Assembly: GCA_951406725.2 (NCBI GenBank)
Contig: OX597818.1
Location: 14,508,001 to 14,572,000 of the forward strand
DNA from: Octopus vulgaris
Taxonomy: Eukaryota
DNA length: 64,000 nucleotides
Direction: 5' to 3'
Made by a program: the position numbers and the translations under genes. A model generated the notes under the pieces. The model was not told the origin of the DNA. It was given only the letters and a program-made list of their open reading frames with translations, and ran no database searches. Within the stretch, counting starts at the first letter, position 1, and each line of letters begins with the position of its first letter. This document shows positions 27,550 through 41,550 of this stretch, one piece after another.

Positions 27550-27870
27550 TCTGTGGCTATTTGGTAAGAAATTTGCTTCTCGAGAACTTTTGGGTTCAGT
27601 ACCACGGGGTAGCACGTTGGGTAAGTGTCTTCTACTATAGTGCCTGACTGACTAAAGCCTTGTGAGTGGATTTGATTGACGGAAACTGAAAGAAGCCCGT
27701 TGTATACAGAGATATATGCGTGTGATGTTTTCTCCAACTACTGCTTCACAACCGATGTTGGTTTGTTTACGTAATTAGTAAGTATCGGGTCGATTTGTTC
27801 GACTAAAGTGTCAAGGTGGCGTCATAGCAGGGCTGCAGTCCAATGACTGAAACAAGTAAAAGATAGAAGA
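27550..27870 (+). mobile_element. Family B (CORE-like) SINE
   Basis: tggctatttggtaagaaatttgcttc, gggttcagt, cacgttgggtaagtgtcttctactatag, ggaaactgaaagaagcccg, gggtcgatttgttcgactaaa and atgactgaaacaagtaaaaga. Confidence 0.8.
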
Positions 27871-28259
27871 TAATTAGAAATATGTTTATCATCTGAAAAT
27901 TGGAAAGCATATACAATATAGTAGAACAGATTAAAGTGTTTGTAGTTCTACCGCTTGCAAAACCCAAACTGTAACTACTTGAAATAAATTATTCTTGTGT
28001 ATAAATTTGCACATAGGAGAAATACTGATTTTTCATTAGTTTATGCAATATACACGTATACATGCGCAGCATCATATGCGGGAATTGTACGACATATATA
28101 AAATTGAGGCTCAGAATTTGAGCTACTTCTTTAAACTCCTATATCAATACGAAGCATCTAGAGGGACATCAATATAGGTATTACAGTAGGGAAAAAACAG
28201 ATTTAAAGAATAACCAGAAAGCAGACTGTTTGTATTTCAATTATTTCATTACGATCGTT

Positions 28260-29070
28260 TTGGTAAATGATAACCAATCATCATATTATCAACAGTTATT
28301 TTCGCTGAGTGTCTGGATCTCTTAAGAAGCACACTCCTTTTATCGAGTGAGGAAGTGGAACCACTTGGTCTTGGAGTCTCTTCGATCAAGACAAAGACAC
28401 AGTCTTTGGTTAACTTTTTTAGTGGACTCCGCCTTGTCAATCTCTGTTACGGGGGAGAAACTCGAAGTTACTGGCCGCTTTACTTAACTTGACACTGAGA
28501 TTGTGGCATTAGCTGCATGCCTGAAGTCCTAAAGCTAGACGAGCTGTTGCTTTCTGTACTCATTGGACAAGAGTGTTTGGCGTTACCAACATCAGGCGAG
28601 AGGACAAAGGTTCGGATCTTTAGGTCTCTGGTCCTCTCTGTCTCGCTCTATAGTTGTGAGACTCCTTTAGGAACTGCGTGAACTCCTTTGTTACCAGGAC
28701 GCTTCCCAAGATTATGAGTTACCATTGGTGGGACTTTCTTATCTAACTAACGACTGTACTCAAAAACTGGGATGTGTCCTGTTATGTACATGATTAGGAG
28801 CGCCAGCTCAGGCTGTTTGGCCACGTTGCTCGAGTTCCTAAGTTTGACCCTGTTTACCGTGTTCTCTTCATTTAGGATCCAGCTGGATTGACATCTCGTG
28901 CTGGTTGACTATATACTACATAGTCACGGCAGATGAGGAGGTATCTCGCAGAGATGGGGACTGACTAGAACTCTGTTCGACGAATCGGCCGGGAGGATCA
29001 GGTAATATACCGGCAAAAGTGAATACAGCAACGCGCTGCCACGGTGTATGCTCCCGTACCTAACCTGAAT
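28260..29070 (+). mobile_element. Degraded RTE-clade LINE, 3' fragment
   Basis: VIFAECLD...SEEVEPLGL..KTK, then LPKIMSYHWWDFLSN*RLYSKTG...RQLRLFGHVARVPKFDPVYRVL, the typical RTE C-terminus. Confidence 0.75.
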
Positions 29071-29849
29071 CATATTATATCGAAATGGCGTGTTGAAATA
29101 TGGTTTATTGAAGCAGTTCATCTCTTATATGTAGACATGAAATATTGATAGTAAAAGTACATCAGCTAGAGTCAGATATATAGGGAAGAGGAAAAAATGA
29201 TAGCGTGGGTAATTAAAGATATAGAAACAGTTCCTCAACATAATGTATCACCGTTTAGATTATGATATGAATAAATCAAGATGACATAAGTTCAGGGGAA
29301 TAAACTAACCCAGATCATAAAAATCGATTTAATAACCAGAAACTCAAACTTTCTATTTCCTTAGCTGAATATATTTTTATAATAAAATCGAAATGAGTAA
29401 GACATTAAATGCCACTGGCCTATTGTCGATTCCGGGGCTGGAAGTGTGTGTAGATTATGTTTAAGTGGAATTATGATCCAGTCCTTGTTGCAATGTGGTG
29501 GTTTATGTGCCTCAATGATGCTGAGTGTTATGCCATTAGAGCATAACCTCTTGATAGGGGGCCCAATGTTAAACAAAGTATAGAGACAAGGCTATTATGG
29601 GCCCCCTTTTCGTAGAATCAAAAGTGGGTTTATGTAAGGCCAACACTTCTCCCTTTAAAAACAGTCAAATTATAGACTCAGCGACAATTGAAAAGAAACA
29701 AAATCAAAGAGAGGAGATCATATACGATATAATCAACCTCAACAAACGTTTCGATCCATCTATAGTTAAGAAATTTTATTTTCTTTATCACGCTGAGAAA
29801 CGGAGCATATATTTTGGTGTCAAAAAGTCGGCATACTTAATCATAGTAT

Positions 29850-30068
29850 ATTATTGGGTTCAAATTTTGATACAAGGCCAGCAATTTGTGGGGAACGGGA
29901 TAGTCGATTATATCGAGCTCCGTATTCAACAGGTATTTATTTTATTGACTCTGAAAGGGTGAGAGGCAAAATCGACGTCCGTGGAATTTGAACACAGAAC
30001 GTAAAGACAGACGAAAATCCGCTAAGCATTTCGCCTGGCTTAGTAACGATCTTACCAGGTCACCACCT
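29850..30068 (-). mobile_element. Family A SINE
   Basis: gaaagggtgagaggcaaaatcgac...ggaatttgaacacagaacgtaaagacagacgaaa...gctaagcatttcgcc. Confidence 0.75.
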
Positions 30069-30270
30069 TATCATAGTATGTTATGGGTATTATCGATACT
30101 ATTGGTTTTATCGATACTAGTAAAATGCAGTCGATTCTGAAATCATCATAAAATATATTAAAGTTATTCTCATCCCGAAGCATCCTATAATATACAACTC
30201 GAAAGTTTCTTTATACATTTTTTTCTTTGTAAAATGTCGCAGGCTCTAAATTTCTAGTGTATACTTGTTC

Positions 30271-30333
<63 letters not shown>

Positions 30334-31384
30334 CGTGCGTGTGTGGGCTAGGTCCAAGTAATTCTAGTTGCATTGGGAGGGACATATGAGAATATCTATT
30401 TCAAGTTTACCAAATCTACCTAATTCATGATATGCTTAAAATTCTTTTTAGAAAGACTTCTGGGTCTTTTCCACAAGAATGAAACAATCTAGTCCATATC
30501 AGCTTGCGTATCTCGAAAATATTTCATGTTTTACATTTAACTGATTCTTCTTTCTTTGAAACCTCCCAGGAATAATGATTCTAAAAAGATATCTGTGTTT
30601 ATGTTTTACTTCATGATAAATAGCAAAAATAACACACAACACTACTTTTATAGAAATATTCTGTTTTCTGTTGCTATAATCATATAATTTTCCGTTGTCA
30701 CAAAATCAATATTTCATTTTTACACCTGATTCTTCATCATAAGTTTTTAAATAGGATTATATTTAAAGAACATAAATTGAAAAGGAACAAAAAGTGAAAG
30801 TAACTTCTTGTTGCTGGAACAAATGAGCAAATATAAAATATATATTATCTTTTCAATTATAAGATTAACACTTTAGACACAAGGTACGAAAACATTGAAA
30901 ATCTGAAACAGTCGGCATTGGACAGACGGATTACTATTGTCAGAGAAATATTACAGACCAGGATATAAATGTCAAATGATATTATTCATCTGTTTTCTTC
31001 CTGATACAGCTTATGCTTATGACTATGAACAATTAATCAGTCAAACGCTACATCAACCAGTTAAATACTCAATCAAAATCTAATGAAAATATATACAAGA
31101 GATTTCATTTGAAATATGTTGGACCGTATACCTGATTGACACGTGTTTATTCACTTTTTTATATTACTTTCCCCATTAGCTGTCTATATTTTCCCCTCTA
31201 TCAAAAATAATGTATACGCCACCAATGTCTCTGACACAAAATACCACACCAGTTAAGCTTTTCTTCAGCACATCACATTTGATAGATACGTCTCTCCCTC
31301 CCTGACAATCGCACCTAGATTTTATATTTTCATGTTATTTTATTTCATTTTTATGAATACACAAAAATAAATAATGCGTTTTGG

Positions 31385-32100
31385 CATTCGGAAACTGATG
31401 AGTGTCATTTGGTTGACACCCAGATTGAATTTCTATGAAGCGAATTTTGTAGGGGAAAATTGGGAGCTTTTCAGTTTGGCCAAGGTCAATTTCTATTCGA
31501 ATTGATTTCATATTCAGTGTAATGGTACACTGTTACAAGCTAATTAAAGCCATAAAAATCATTTTCGCCATAAATCAATAAATAAAGAGTTATTTACTAT
31601 CAAAGTTTGAAAATTTGGGGTAATTTTAGCCAATCGTAAGCTACAGGCACATTCATACCTGTTTCTATAGTAGCAAGTCGATTATGAAAACTCTTGCCAG
31701 CGAAAAACCACGTGTTGATAAATATATTGAAACCACTTGTTGACACTGTGTTCTACTGTTTTACCTACAAGGAAGTTTTGATTATGGCAGCAAGCTGTGG
31801 TAACATCGTGTCTATGATGGAGACTCTGAGAACAGAGGAGGATGCTGTATCGTACCTACAAGAAACGGGTGTTATACCCAAAAGAAAATCATGCAAACGG
31901 AAGAAACATGTTATGAGTACAAGAAAATGTGGTGGGAATATGTACTGGCGATGCTGGCACCAAGGATGTATGGAGTCTGTGTCAGCGAGGAAAGATACAT
32001 AGTTTGAAAGCCGAACCCTTCCACTTAGGACTAAAAATATTTCATTTGTAATGTGCATGTACAAAAGACATGTTATTTACTCGCTTTCCGCGAGGTGATT
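31385..32100 (+). mobile_element. Merlin (IS1016/ISXO2-like) DNA transposon, 5' remnant
   Basis: TEEDAVSYLQETGVIPKRKSC...MYWRCWHQGCMESVSARKDT*FE..LPL resembles the N-terminal zinc ribbon (WRC..C...SIR.GT.FE) of Merlin transposases. Left boundary is uncertain. Confidence 0.6.
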
Positions 32101-32353
32101 GGTAAGGAATACGCAAGTGGGTGATACATGGTAATAATGAGAAAGGAATGGAAGATAAAAATTTCAAGTTTTCTTCGGAAAGGATGGTACGCTTATTCTT
32201 TGTTAGGTGCAGTAATAGTTATTCTAGAAGTGGTAAAAGATTAAGATGTTAGAGCGCATAAGTGAGACATTGTAACCTTAAGTCTGCTCTAAAGAGATTA
32301 CCTATAATATATAATCAGGCGAGCAAGAAGATGCGACGACAGAGCTACGTCTC

Positions 32354-32399
<46 letters not shown>

Positions 32400-32535
32400 A
32401 GGGTATCTGAGAGATACCACCACCACTATCACTTGGATACCCTAATTTATAATTTTAAATAATTATTACCTTTGAGGGATATTTTATTCCCATGCTGGCC
32501 ACCTGCTAAGATCGGTATTTAAATATCGATCTTAT

Positions 32536-33883
<1,348 letters not shown>

Positions 33884-34199
33884 TCATACACCTTGTAAGT
33901 TTGGAGTTATACTTCTTAATATTATTAAACATATATATATATATATATTATCATCATTATTATTATTTTAGTTTAGAAACAAACTACATTGTGTAGTGCT
34001 AGACTGACACATTCTTCTACGTAGTAATTAATTTTGTTTTTCAGATTCAGTTTCATGTTATAGATTATTTTCATGATTAAGATCTGTCTGGAAATATATA
34101 TTTGAAGTCGCATGCGGATGACGTATGTGTCTGCAAATATTGAAGTGTATTGATTGGCTGTGTCGTCTGTACAATAGAGACGGCTGACATTTACATACA

Positions 34200-35245
34200 A
34201 TACTTACGGAATTTCTTAATGTGGTTGATTAACGAAGGAAAAAAACGATATGAGTCCTTAACCAAAAATCTGTAGATGTACCATAGATGTAAGGATGTTT
34301 GTTAAAAGGAGCTGTGAACAACAGCTGCAACGGAATGAACTGGTAGGAAACACCATATACACAGACACGACAGAAGTTATTAGACAACCAATAAAATATC
34401 GTTTTATGCTTATTCTAACTTGTAAAGACTTATATTTTCTATTAATTGACATTTTTATTTCAAATTCTATATGTGACTGTTTAATCATGCCATGTACAAA
34501 AGAAGCCCTGAAACTTTCAGGCCGTATTGTGGGTCATTCTGAAAATGGACATAGCGTAAAATCGCAGAAAACTTTGGTATCTCCCTTTCTACAGTTAATA
34601 GAGTGATTGTACAATTCACCAAAGAGGGAAAGGAGTCCACACCACCTCACCAAGATCAACCTGGCCCTCTGACAGGACCATTTTCTATGCTAAGAGAAGT
34701 ATGGAGAATAATCTTCGTTGTAAGGCCTCTGACATAGCAGAACAAGTTGATGTCAGTCTCAGAACAGCTGTCAGGTATCTCCACAAACTTGGTTATTATG
34801 GCAGAGCAGCAAGAAGGAAGCCACTTCTTCAACCTGCCAACATCAAGCGGAGAAAATTTTGGGTTAGTGAGATGGTGGAGAGGCCACTAGCATTTTGGGA
34901 CACTATGATATTCTCTGATGAGTCCAGATTTGCTGTGTTTCCTGACAGTGGTCGAGTACAGGTCTGGAGACTGTGAAGAATGATTTGATGTGAAAAGATT
35001 GCAGCCAACAATGAAACACGGCAGCTATTCTGTGATAGTCTGGGGAGCAGTTTGGAGCAATGGTTGATCAGAAGTGGTGCAATGTGAGGGAAAGGTAAAC
35101 TCAGATAAATATGTGTTCATATTGCAGAAAGGACTCATTCCAATCTTCTCCAGTAGTAAAATGATTCGAGAAGACTCCTTATTTATAGAAGGTGGGTCTC
35201 TTTGTCACACAGCTAAAATTACCCAAGATTTGTTGGATGAGAAAA
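34200..35245 (+). mobile_element. Tc1-like transposase pseudogene, 3'-truncated by a LINE
   Basis: LHKLGYYGRAARRKPLL, FWDTMIFSDESRF, TMKHGSYSVIVWGAV, EGKVNSDKYVFIL, CHTAK. Stops and frameshifts present. Confidence 0.88.
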
Positions 35246-35249
35246 CAGG

Positions 35250-38200
35250 AGAAAACAGGCGAAAAGAGAGACCCCCTCATGAGACGTGAGATCGTCCTCT
35301 ACATCGCCAATGAAGAGTAAGTAGAACCTTTACTTTTCCTTAAACTGTCAACACTTAACTTTGGTTGCTTAAATGTGCGTGGTCTGAGCTCGAAGTGGAA
35401 ACCATCATGTTTCCTCGACGACCTCAGATCAGATGATATACATGTGATGGTTGCTACACAGACCAAGCTGGATAGGCTACAAACCTTCTCGGCTCTTCTG
35501 AATGGCTATGAGAGAATCATATTTCCTGGCCAGACCGTAGGTCGAGGGGGTGTGGCTATGTACACAACTACAGTCTTTGTAGACCCTGAAGGTGGGCTGG
35601 CTGTCCTTGACGTGAGGCCTTCAGGTTGATCGGTATTTATGCACCTTGTGCAAAAAGCAGCAAACTGATTTCTATCAACGCCTAGAGAACTTTCTCGTGA
35701 TGTCCAAGATATTAGTTGTGTTAGGAGACTACAATGCTATCCTGGATGCACGTCTGGATAACGCCTCATCGATCTGCTTAAGCATTTTCAGCTGGCAGAT
35801 CGTTACAGACTTGAGCACCCGAGTGTCCCAGTGTGGACCTGGATGAATGGTGACAGGAAGCTCAAGTCTTACTTAGGCAAGATAGTTATAAAGATTAGAG
35901 CTACGTCTAGCTATAGCTGTCCACAGTAGGTTCAAGTCACCTACACGGACCATAAAATGGTCGGTGTAGGCTGAACATAGTGCCTATAGACAGGAATCCG
36001 GCTACTGGAAGCTGGACAAGTCTATTTTGGCTTGTGAGGCATACCGTAACCGGAGGGCATTAACCAGCACCATGGTGAATAATCGATGATGGTTTGCTCT
36101 AAAAAGAGCCATACGTTTTGAGTCCATTAGATTTAGTTGTCAGCTAAGTTTAGATAAGGCTAGGATAGAAGGGGATTTACTTAAGGCTTTAGAAGAGGCG
36201 TTGAGATTGGGTTCTATATTCCAAATTTTGGCAGCGAGAACGGCCTTCGACCGTGACCTCAAAGTCAAACATAAGGGATGCAGGGTTCGGGCTGAAGTAC
36301 GTGCATTGGGCTGCGAGAGAATTAATGTTGCCGGGTGGGCCCGTACGGTAGAGACCCAGCGATGCCATAATTAGGTCTTTGATTGAAGAAAATGGATGTT
36401 TGGTCAAAGGACAGGATGAGATGTGTGAGACGCTTTACAAGCACTTCGCCGTGTTATTCGAGATTGGCGGGACACTAGACCATGGTGAAGCCCTACGGGG
36501 ATTCCTGTCTGGCGGCCCGCGTCTCTCGGCATGAGAGGCTGAGTGCTGTGAGGGGTCAATTACAGCTGCGGAGGTGATCGACTTGCTATCTGAGTGCCCT
36601 GTGGACAAGTCACCAGTTCTTGATGGTCTACCCAATGAGTTTTACAAAAGTATGCCAGTCTTGTTCAAGCACCTACTGGCCAACGTCTACGCTAACTGGC
36701 AGCAGACTGGGAGAATTCTCAGATCTGCCAGCCGGCGGGTGGTGACGTTGATCAAAAAGGACCCGCGCAAGAGGGATATCATAAGTAATTTTTGGCCCAT
36801 AATTCTGTTAAAGTTAAAGATTTTGGCCAAGGTGTTGGCATAAAGGTTTGTGCGTGTCGTGGACAGATTTGTCGGGGAGGTGCACTCTTGTGCTAACCAG
36901 GGCAGGTCAATTCGCGACACTCTCCATTTTATACGCTACTCTTTATAGAGGGTTGGGAAAATTTCTGGCAAAGGTGGTGTACTGGTACATTTAGACCAGT
37001 CTAAAGCATTTGATAGGCTCGAACATCGGTAGCTGGTGGTGGTCCTCAGGGAGGCCAGGTTGGGCCCGATTTTCCACAGTTGGACTGCTATCGTCCGTGT
37101 GAACGTTTTTTCAAAGCCGTTCAAGATTAAATGTTCCCTGGCACCACTCTTGTATATATTGGCTCTTGAGCCATTCTTGCGGAAGTTGGAGGCGTTAGGG
37201 GGCGTGCCGCATGATCTATGGTGTGGAATTGAAGCCACCATGTATGCAGATGACATCTCCATCATCGTGTCCGAATAAGGGCAGCTTCCTTATGTGGAAA
37301 ATGCCATCAAAGGATACGAAGCGGTAGCTGGAGCAAAGGTTAACCAGGACAAGTCGGTCGCCTTGCAACTCGGCACCTGGAGGGGCAAGTCGATGTCGTC
37401 CAATAACGTCGTAGGGCGTTGGATGGAAGGCTCGGTTATGTTGCTAGGGGACTGGTTTTGTCCAGACCTCTAGATAGAGAAGAATTGGAACGGGGTCACG
37501 AGCAAGGTGACTAACCCAGACCTGGTCTGGGAGGGCGTTATTCTTGCTATGGGAGGCGGATGTGGTGCAGATGTTCATAGCATCTGTCATCGCCTACCGC
37601 CTGACCGTTGTGCCTTGCCGCGATTTGTGGCTGAACAAGTTGGAAAGGATCTTTTTCCTCTTTTTGTGGAAGAGAGGAAAGTCACTTGTGAAGCGCTCTG
37701 TCTGCTGCCAAAAACCGCTAAAGGGTTGGCTGAAGATACGAAAATTCGCGTTAAGGTTGAGTCACCTGTGGCTTTACCTGGATGGGGAGCAGGTGTGGTC
37801 ACTGCACGTAAGGTTTTAACTTCCGCAGTTGACATCCTTAATGGACATCAACTGTGGTCCCTAACCCTAACCCTAATTGGTCCATGGATCAAACGAAGAC
37901 CTAAGCTGGGTGATTGGCAACAGAAGTGCCGTAAGGCACTCCAGCTACTCTCTCGGGTGGACAATACCAGCAACAGGATTTCCACTGCGGATTTCTATAA
38001 CGGGTTAGTGGAATTTATGTCAGACGATGTCCTGGGTGAGGCCCTGGTATTCGATGGAAATCAGTTGATCAACCTGTTCAGAACTTTCGGGCCGGGGTAT
38101 CTGGATAATTACCAGAAATCCGTGGCTCAGCAGTGCAACCGTTCGGCTTTGTCGGTTTGAGACAAACTGTCAAGGTACGGAAGTGCCGTCTCGCCGACAT

Positions 38201-38848
38201 GCACGAGGTTCGTACGGGACAGAGAAACTGTCTTGCATGCCTTCGTAGAGTGTCCGGAATTATTAAGACTGATAGCTTTTGTCGAGCAACTATTGTCAGC
38301 GATAGGAGGAGTACAGCTATCGGCTGAGTCTATCATCAAGATTTCGCCGTATCCCTCCCTTAACAGGGAAAATAAGGCTTGTAAGATGTATTGTAAGAAG
38401 ACTTGTAAGATGCGTGTAAGTGGTATAGTGACAGTTACCTTCGTCTCTGGCCAGGGGTTGGTTAACTTCTTTAGTTACCGCCTCGATAGTAAGATCAGGC
38501 TAGTGAAGAGATACCTGTCACAGAATATGTTCGCCAAAAGATGGAAGCAAGTAGTGAACATGCGGCGAATTACTAGAACCAGCTAAGTGGGGTCAGAGGG
38601 AAAAGTAAAGGTTCGAAATTGGCAGTTGGATGCCTTTCCTTCAGTTATACACATTGCAAAATGTGCAATGATTATCATGTTTGATTTGAAATTTACTAAT
38701 ATATACATAATTTTTAACCGCATGACATCTATTTATCATCATCCGAAACTGTTTCATTCGTAGTAAACAACTTTTTCACCCTCTATGTTTGTCTGTCCTT
38801 GTTTGTCCCATCTAAGTAAGGCTTCTATAGACAATTTCATTAAATAAA
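35250..38848 (+). mobile_element. Degraded L1/Tx1-group LINE (ORF2 with APE, RT and Cys/His motif, plus 3' UTR)
   Basis: APE: CLNVRGL, VLGDYNAILD, YTDHK, GYWKL. RT: KSPVLDGLPNEFYK, LKILAKVLA, LDQSKAFDRLEH, LAPLLYILALEP, YADD. C-terminus: CTRF..ETVLHAFVECP. Ends in aataaaga. Confidence 0.9.
37859..37876 (-). repeat. Short interstitial telomeric repeat (TTAGGG)3
   Basis: ccctaaccctaaccctaa, flanked by tggtcc at 37855-37860 and 37878-37883. Confidence 0.7.
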
Positions 38849-39210
38849 GAAGCTTGCTTCCCAACCACATGGTTTCGGGTTCAGTCCCACTGCGTGGCAC
38901 CTTGGGCAGGTATCTTCTACTATAGCCTCGGGCAGACCAAATCCTTCTGAGTGTATTTAACAAACGGAAACTGAAAGAAGCCTGTCGAACATATATATGT
39001 GTGTGTATGTTTGTTTTTGTGTTTGCCCCACCTCCGTCGTTTGACAAATGATGTTGGTGTGTTTACGTCCCTGTAACATAGCGGTTTGGCAAAATACCCT
39101 GATAGAATAATTCCCAGGCATACAAAGATTAAGTCCTGGGGTCAATTTCTTTGACTAAAAGGTGGTGCTCCGGTATGGTCGTAGCAAAATGACTGAAAGA
39201 AGAAAAGAAA
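38846..39210 (+). mobile_element. Family B (CORE-like) SINE
   Basis: aagaagcttgcttcccaaccacatggtttcgggttcagtcccactgcgtggcaccttgggcagg (CORE-like accttgggcaag) ... atgactgaaagaag. Confidence 0.85.
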
Positions 39211-40094
39211 AATCCTCACCTCTAATTATGAGACCCCGAAAAGGCTAAGTGTATTCTGTTTTAGAATATTTACTATAGCCAGTATAATCAATATTAAAAT
39301 TATTCCACCTGTAAGAAATACCTTACTCTAGATTTGTTACGGCTAAAATAGGTTGATTTATTTCATATTGCATTTTGTGAACTATAGCGTTGTCAGTTAT
39401 GGGTTCCTCTAATAGAAAACACTTGCATAATGTTGCTGCAACTTGGAATTGAACCTAGATCCACGTCCTTGCGAAATTCTTATCCACACATCCATGTCTT
39501 CTTTCTGTTTTCAGTAACATTAATTCGCTACTTTTAGAAATGCATAGTGTGGTGTTACAATATAGTATAAATCTAGTCAATGTATTAGTTTTCGTAAATT
39601 TCAGTTAAATATGTATAATTTACATTGGGCATCTCAGGCTTTCCATTTTGTTTTTTGATCATATTCAAAGCGTTCTTTTTATGTTCTAAATTGATTCCTA
39701 ATTTTAAGCTACGCAATTCCTTTGATGAAAAACATAACAATTTTAAATGTTGTGTATAGTCTCTTTAAATTTATTAAATTATATTCTATGCTTTTTCTAT
39801 TTACAATTATCAATGAATGTCTGTAAATACAGTTGTCCTTCACTTTATACGGTTCCATTTTAGTACGTTGCTGATTTTGGTCGATTTTTTTTATTTATTT
39901 ATACAGAAACATAACTTCATCGTTTGTGTGTCAGTTTCTCGTTTTCCTTACGTTTCACTTTTACGATTGTGAAAACTAACATAAAAGTTAGAATTACTCT
40001 TGTTTTATATTTTGTTAAAACTTTTCAATATTGAATGGCATGGTTTCAAACGATTATGAAAGTTGATTTCTATGAAAATGAGAATATATTGGTT

Positions 40095-40235
40095 TCACAT
40101 TATTTTATCGACCCCCAAAAGGATGAGGGGCAAAGTCGACCTCGGCGGAATTTGAACTCAGAACGTAAAAGACAGAGGAAATACAGCTAAGCATTTGTTT
40201 CCTGCGCAATAACGATTGTGCCAGCTCACCGCTTT
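40095..40235 (-). mobile_element. Family A SINE, 5' part
   Basis: ttatcgacccccaaaaggatgaggggcaaagtcgacctcggcggaatttgaactcagaacg...gccagctcaccgc. Confidence 0.85.
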
Positions 40236-40717
40236 ATGAGAATTAATATGTTAATATAATGTACGTTATATGTATACACTCATATAAAAGCAGATATATA
40301 TATTTCTACACACATATTCACATTTACGCATGCATGCACACACACTCACACACACACATATTTGAAATACTTCATTCATATGTCACATTACACAGAACTA
40401 TATTAAGCCAAGGTATTATTATATCATTCATATAATCCATTTAAAGGAAAAGTCAATAATGTTAACTTTCAAATGAGCACGTATAATAGTTAAATATAAC
40501 ATGTTGCTTTCAGCGATATCTAGATTAAAAATAGTATATCTTGTCCCTGATACCACAGATGGTGGCATTAATAATTTGCGTTTAACTCCATCTAATTTTA
40601 TACCTTTTAGCAGAATAACAAGGGGAAATATTACCTACAAGTTTGAATGAACCTTTTCTAGATTTCCTTAGAACAATGACTTCAGTGGAGTTTCTCCGAT
40701 ATAGGTTATAAGACACT

Positions 40718-40793
40718 GTTTCTTTATTATAGCCACAAGGGCTCAAAATAGAGGGGAAACAAACCAGAACAGACAGGACACCACAGGATTTAC
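40718..40793 (-). mobile_element. 76-bp retro-insertion of the shared LINE/SINE 3' tail, with 19-bp TSD
   Basis: TSD atataggttataagacact at 40699-40717 and 40794-40812. Insert (minus strand) ends cccctctattttgagcccttgtggctataataaagaaac. Confidence 0.85.
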
Positions 40794-41550
40794 ATATAGG
40801 TTATAAGACTCATCATTACCATAACATTGTAGCTAACAATAAATATGTTCAACAGCAGCGAAAATATCGATGACTTGTATCGCATTGCTACGAAAATAAT
40901 AAATTAAATGCATCTTATCCACGGTTGTTAATAACTTACAACATATGTAGATATCACTAATCTCTGCAAATAGAGAAAGTACTGCATGATTTTATGAGTT
41001 CCAATCCTTTTATATCTTAACTGAAGGTAACGGTAAAATCTGAACATGCTTGTATTCTGAACACTCTAGTATTCAGCCTCAGAAAGTGTTTTCATTTGTT
41101 GCAATCCGATTTGCTATTTTATACCAGTACTAGTTGAAATTACACGTAACATGTGAAAATTGATACGCAACAGCCTTTTACTAAATTGAGGATAGTTTAA
41201 GAATATTGTGTAATGATGATAAATTTGAAACTTTTATTAACGGGTGTACAATTCCAGTCTTTTATAATATAATGATTCGTTATTTAAGTGTATTATTAAA
41301 TCATGTATAATTTGATGATTTCTTTATTGAATATTTGAAGAAATCTGACAAAAATTTATTTCGGTTTTGAAAAAAAAGGTATTGTGTTAATTAAAACGAA
41401 AATTGTTGCCATCTATAATGGACAACAATATTCGAGCGCGTAACATTCAATAACATAATGTTTTTGAATTATTTAATATGCATTCTTCATTCTTGATAAG
41501 ATTCACGGAAAAGCTTAATGGAATCTGTTGAAATTCATTTTCTTTTTATT

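Noticed and set aside
28249-29121. Minus-strand ORFs initially read as a Gypsy integrase tail
   Set aside because: The plus strand shows clearer RTE LINE motifs.
31399-31428. CTGATGA followed by a gtgtca/tgacac stem, hammerhead-like
   Set aside because: It is followed by CCAG, not GAAA, and has no stem I or III. More likely the terminal region of the Merlin-like element.
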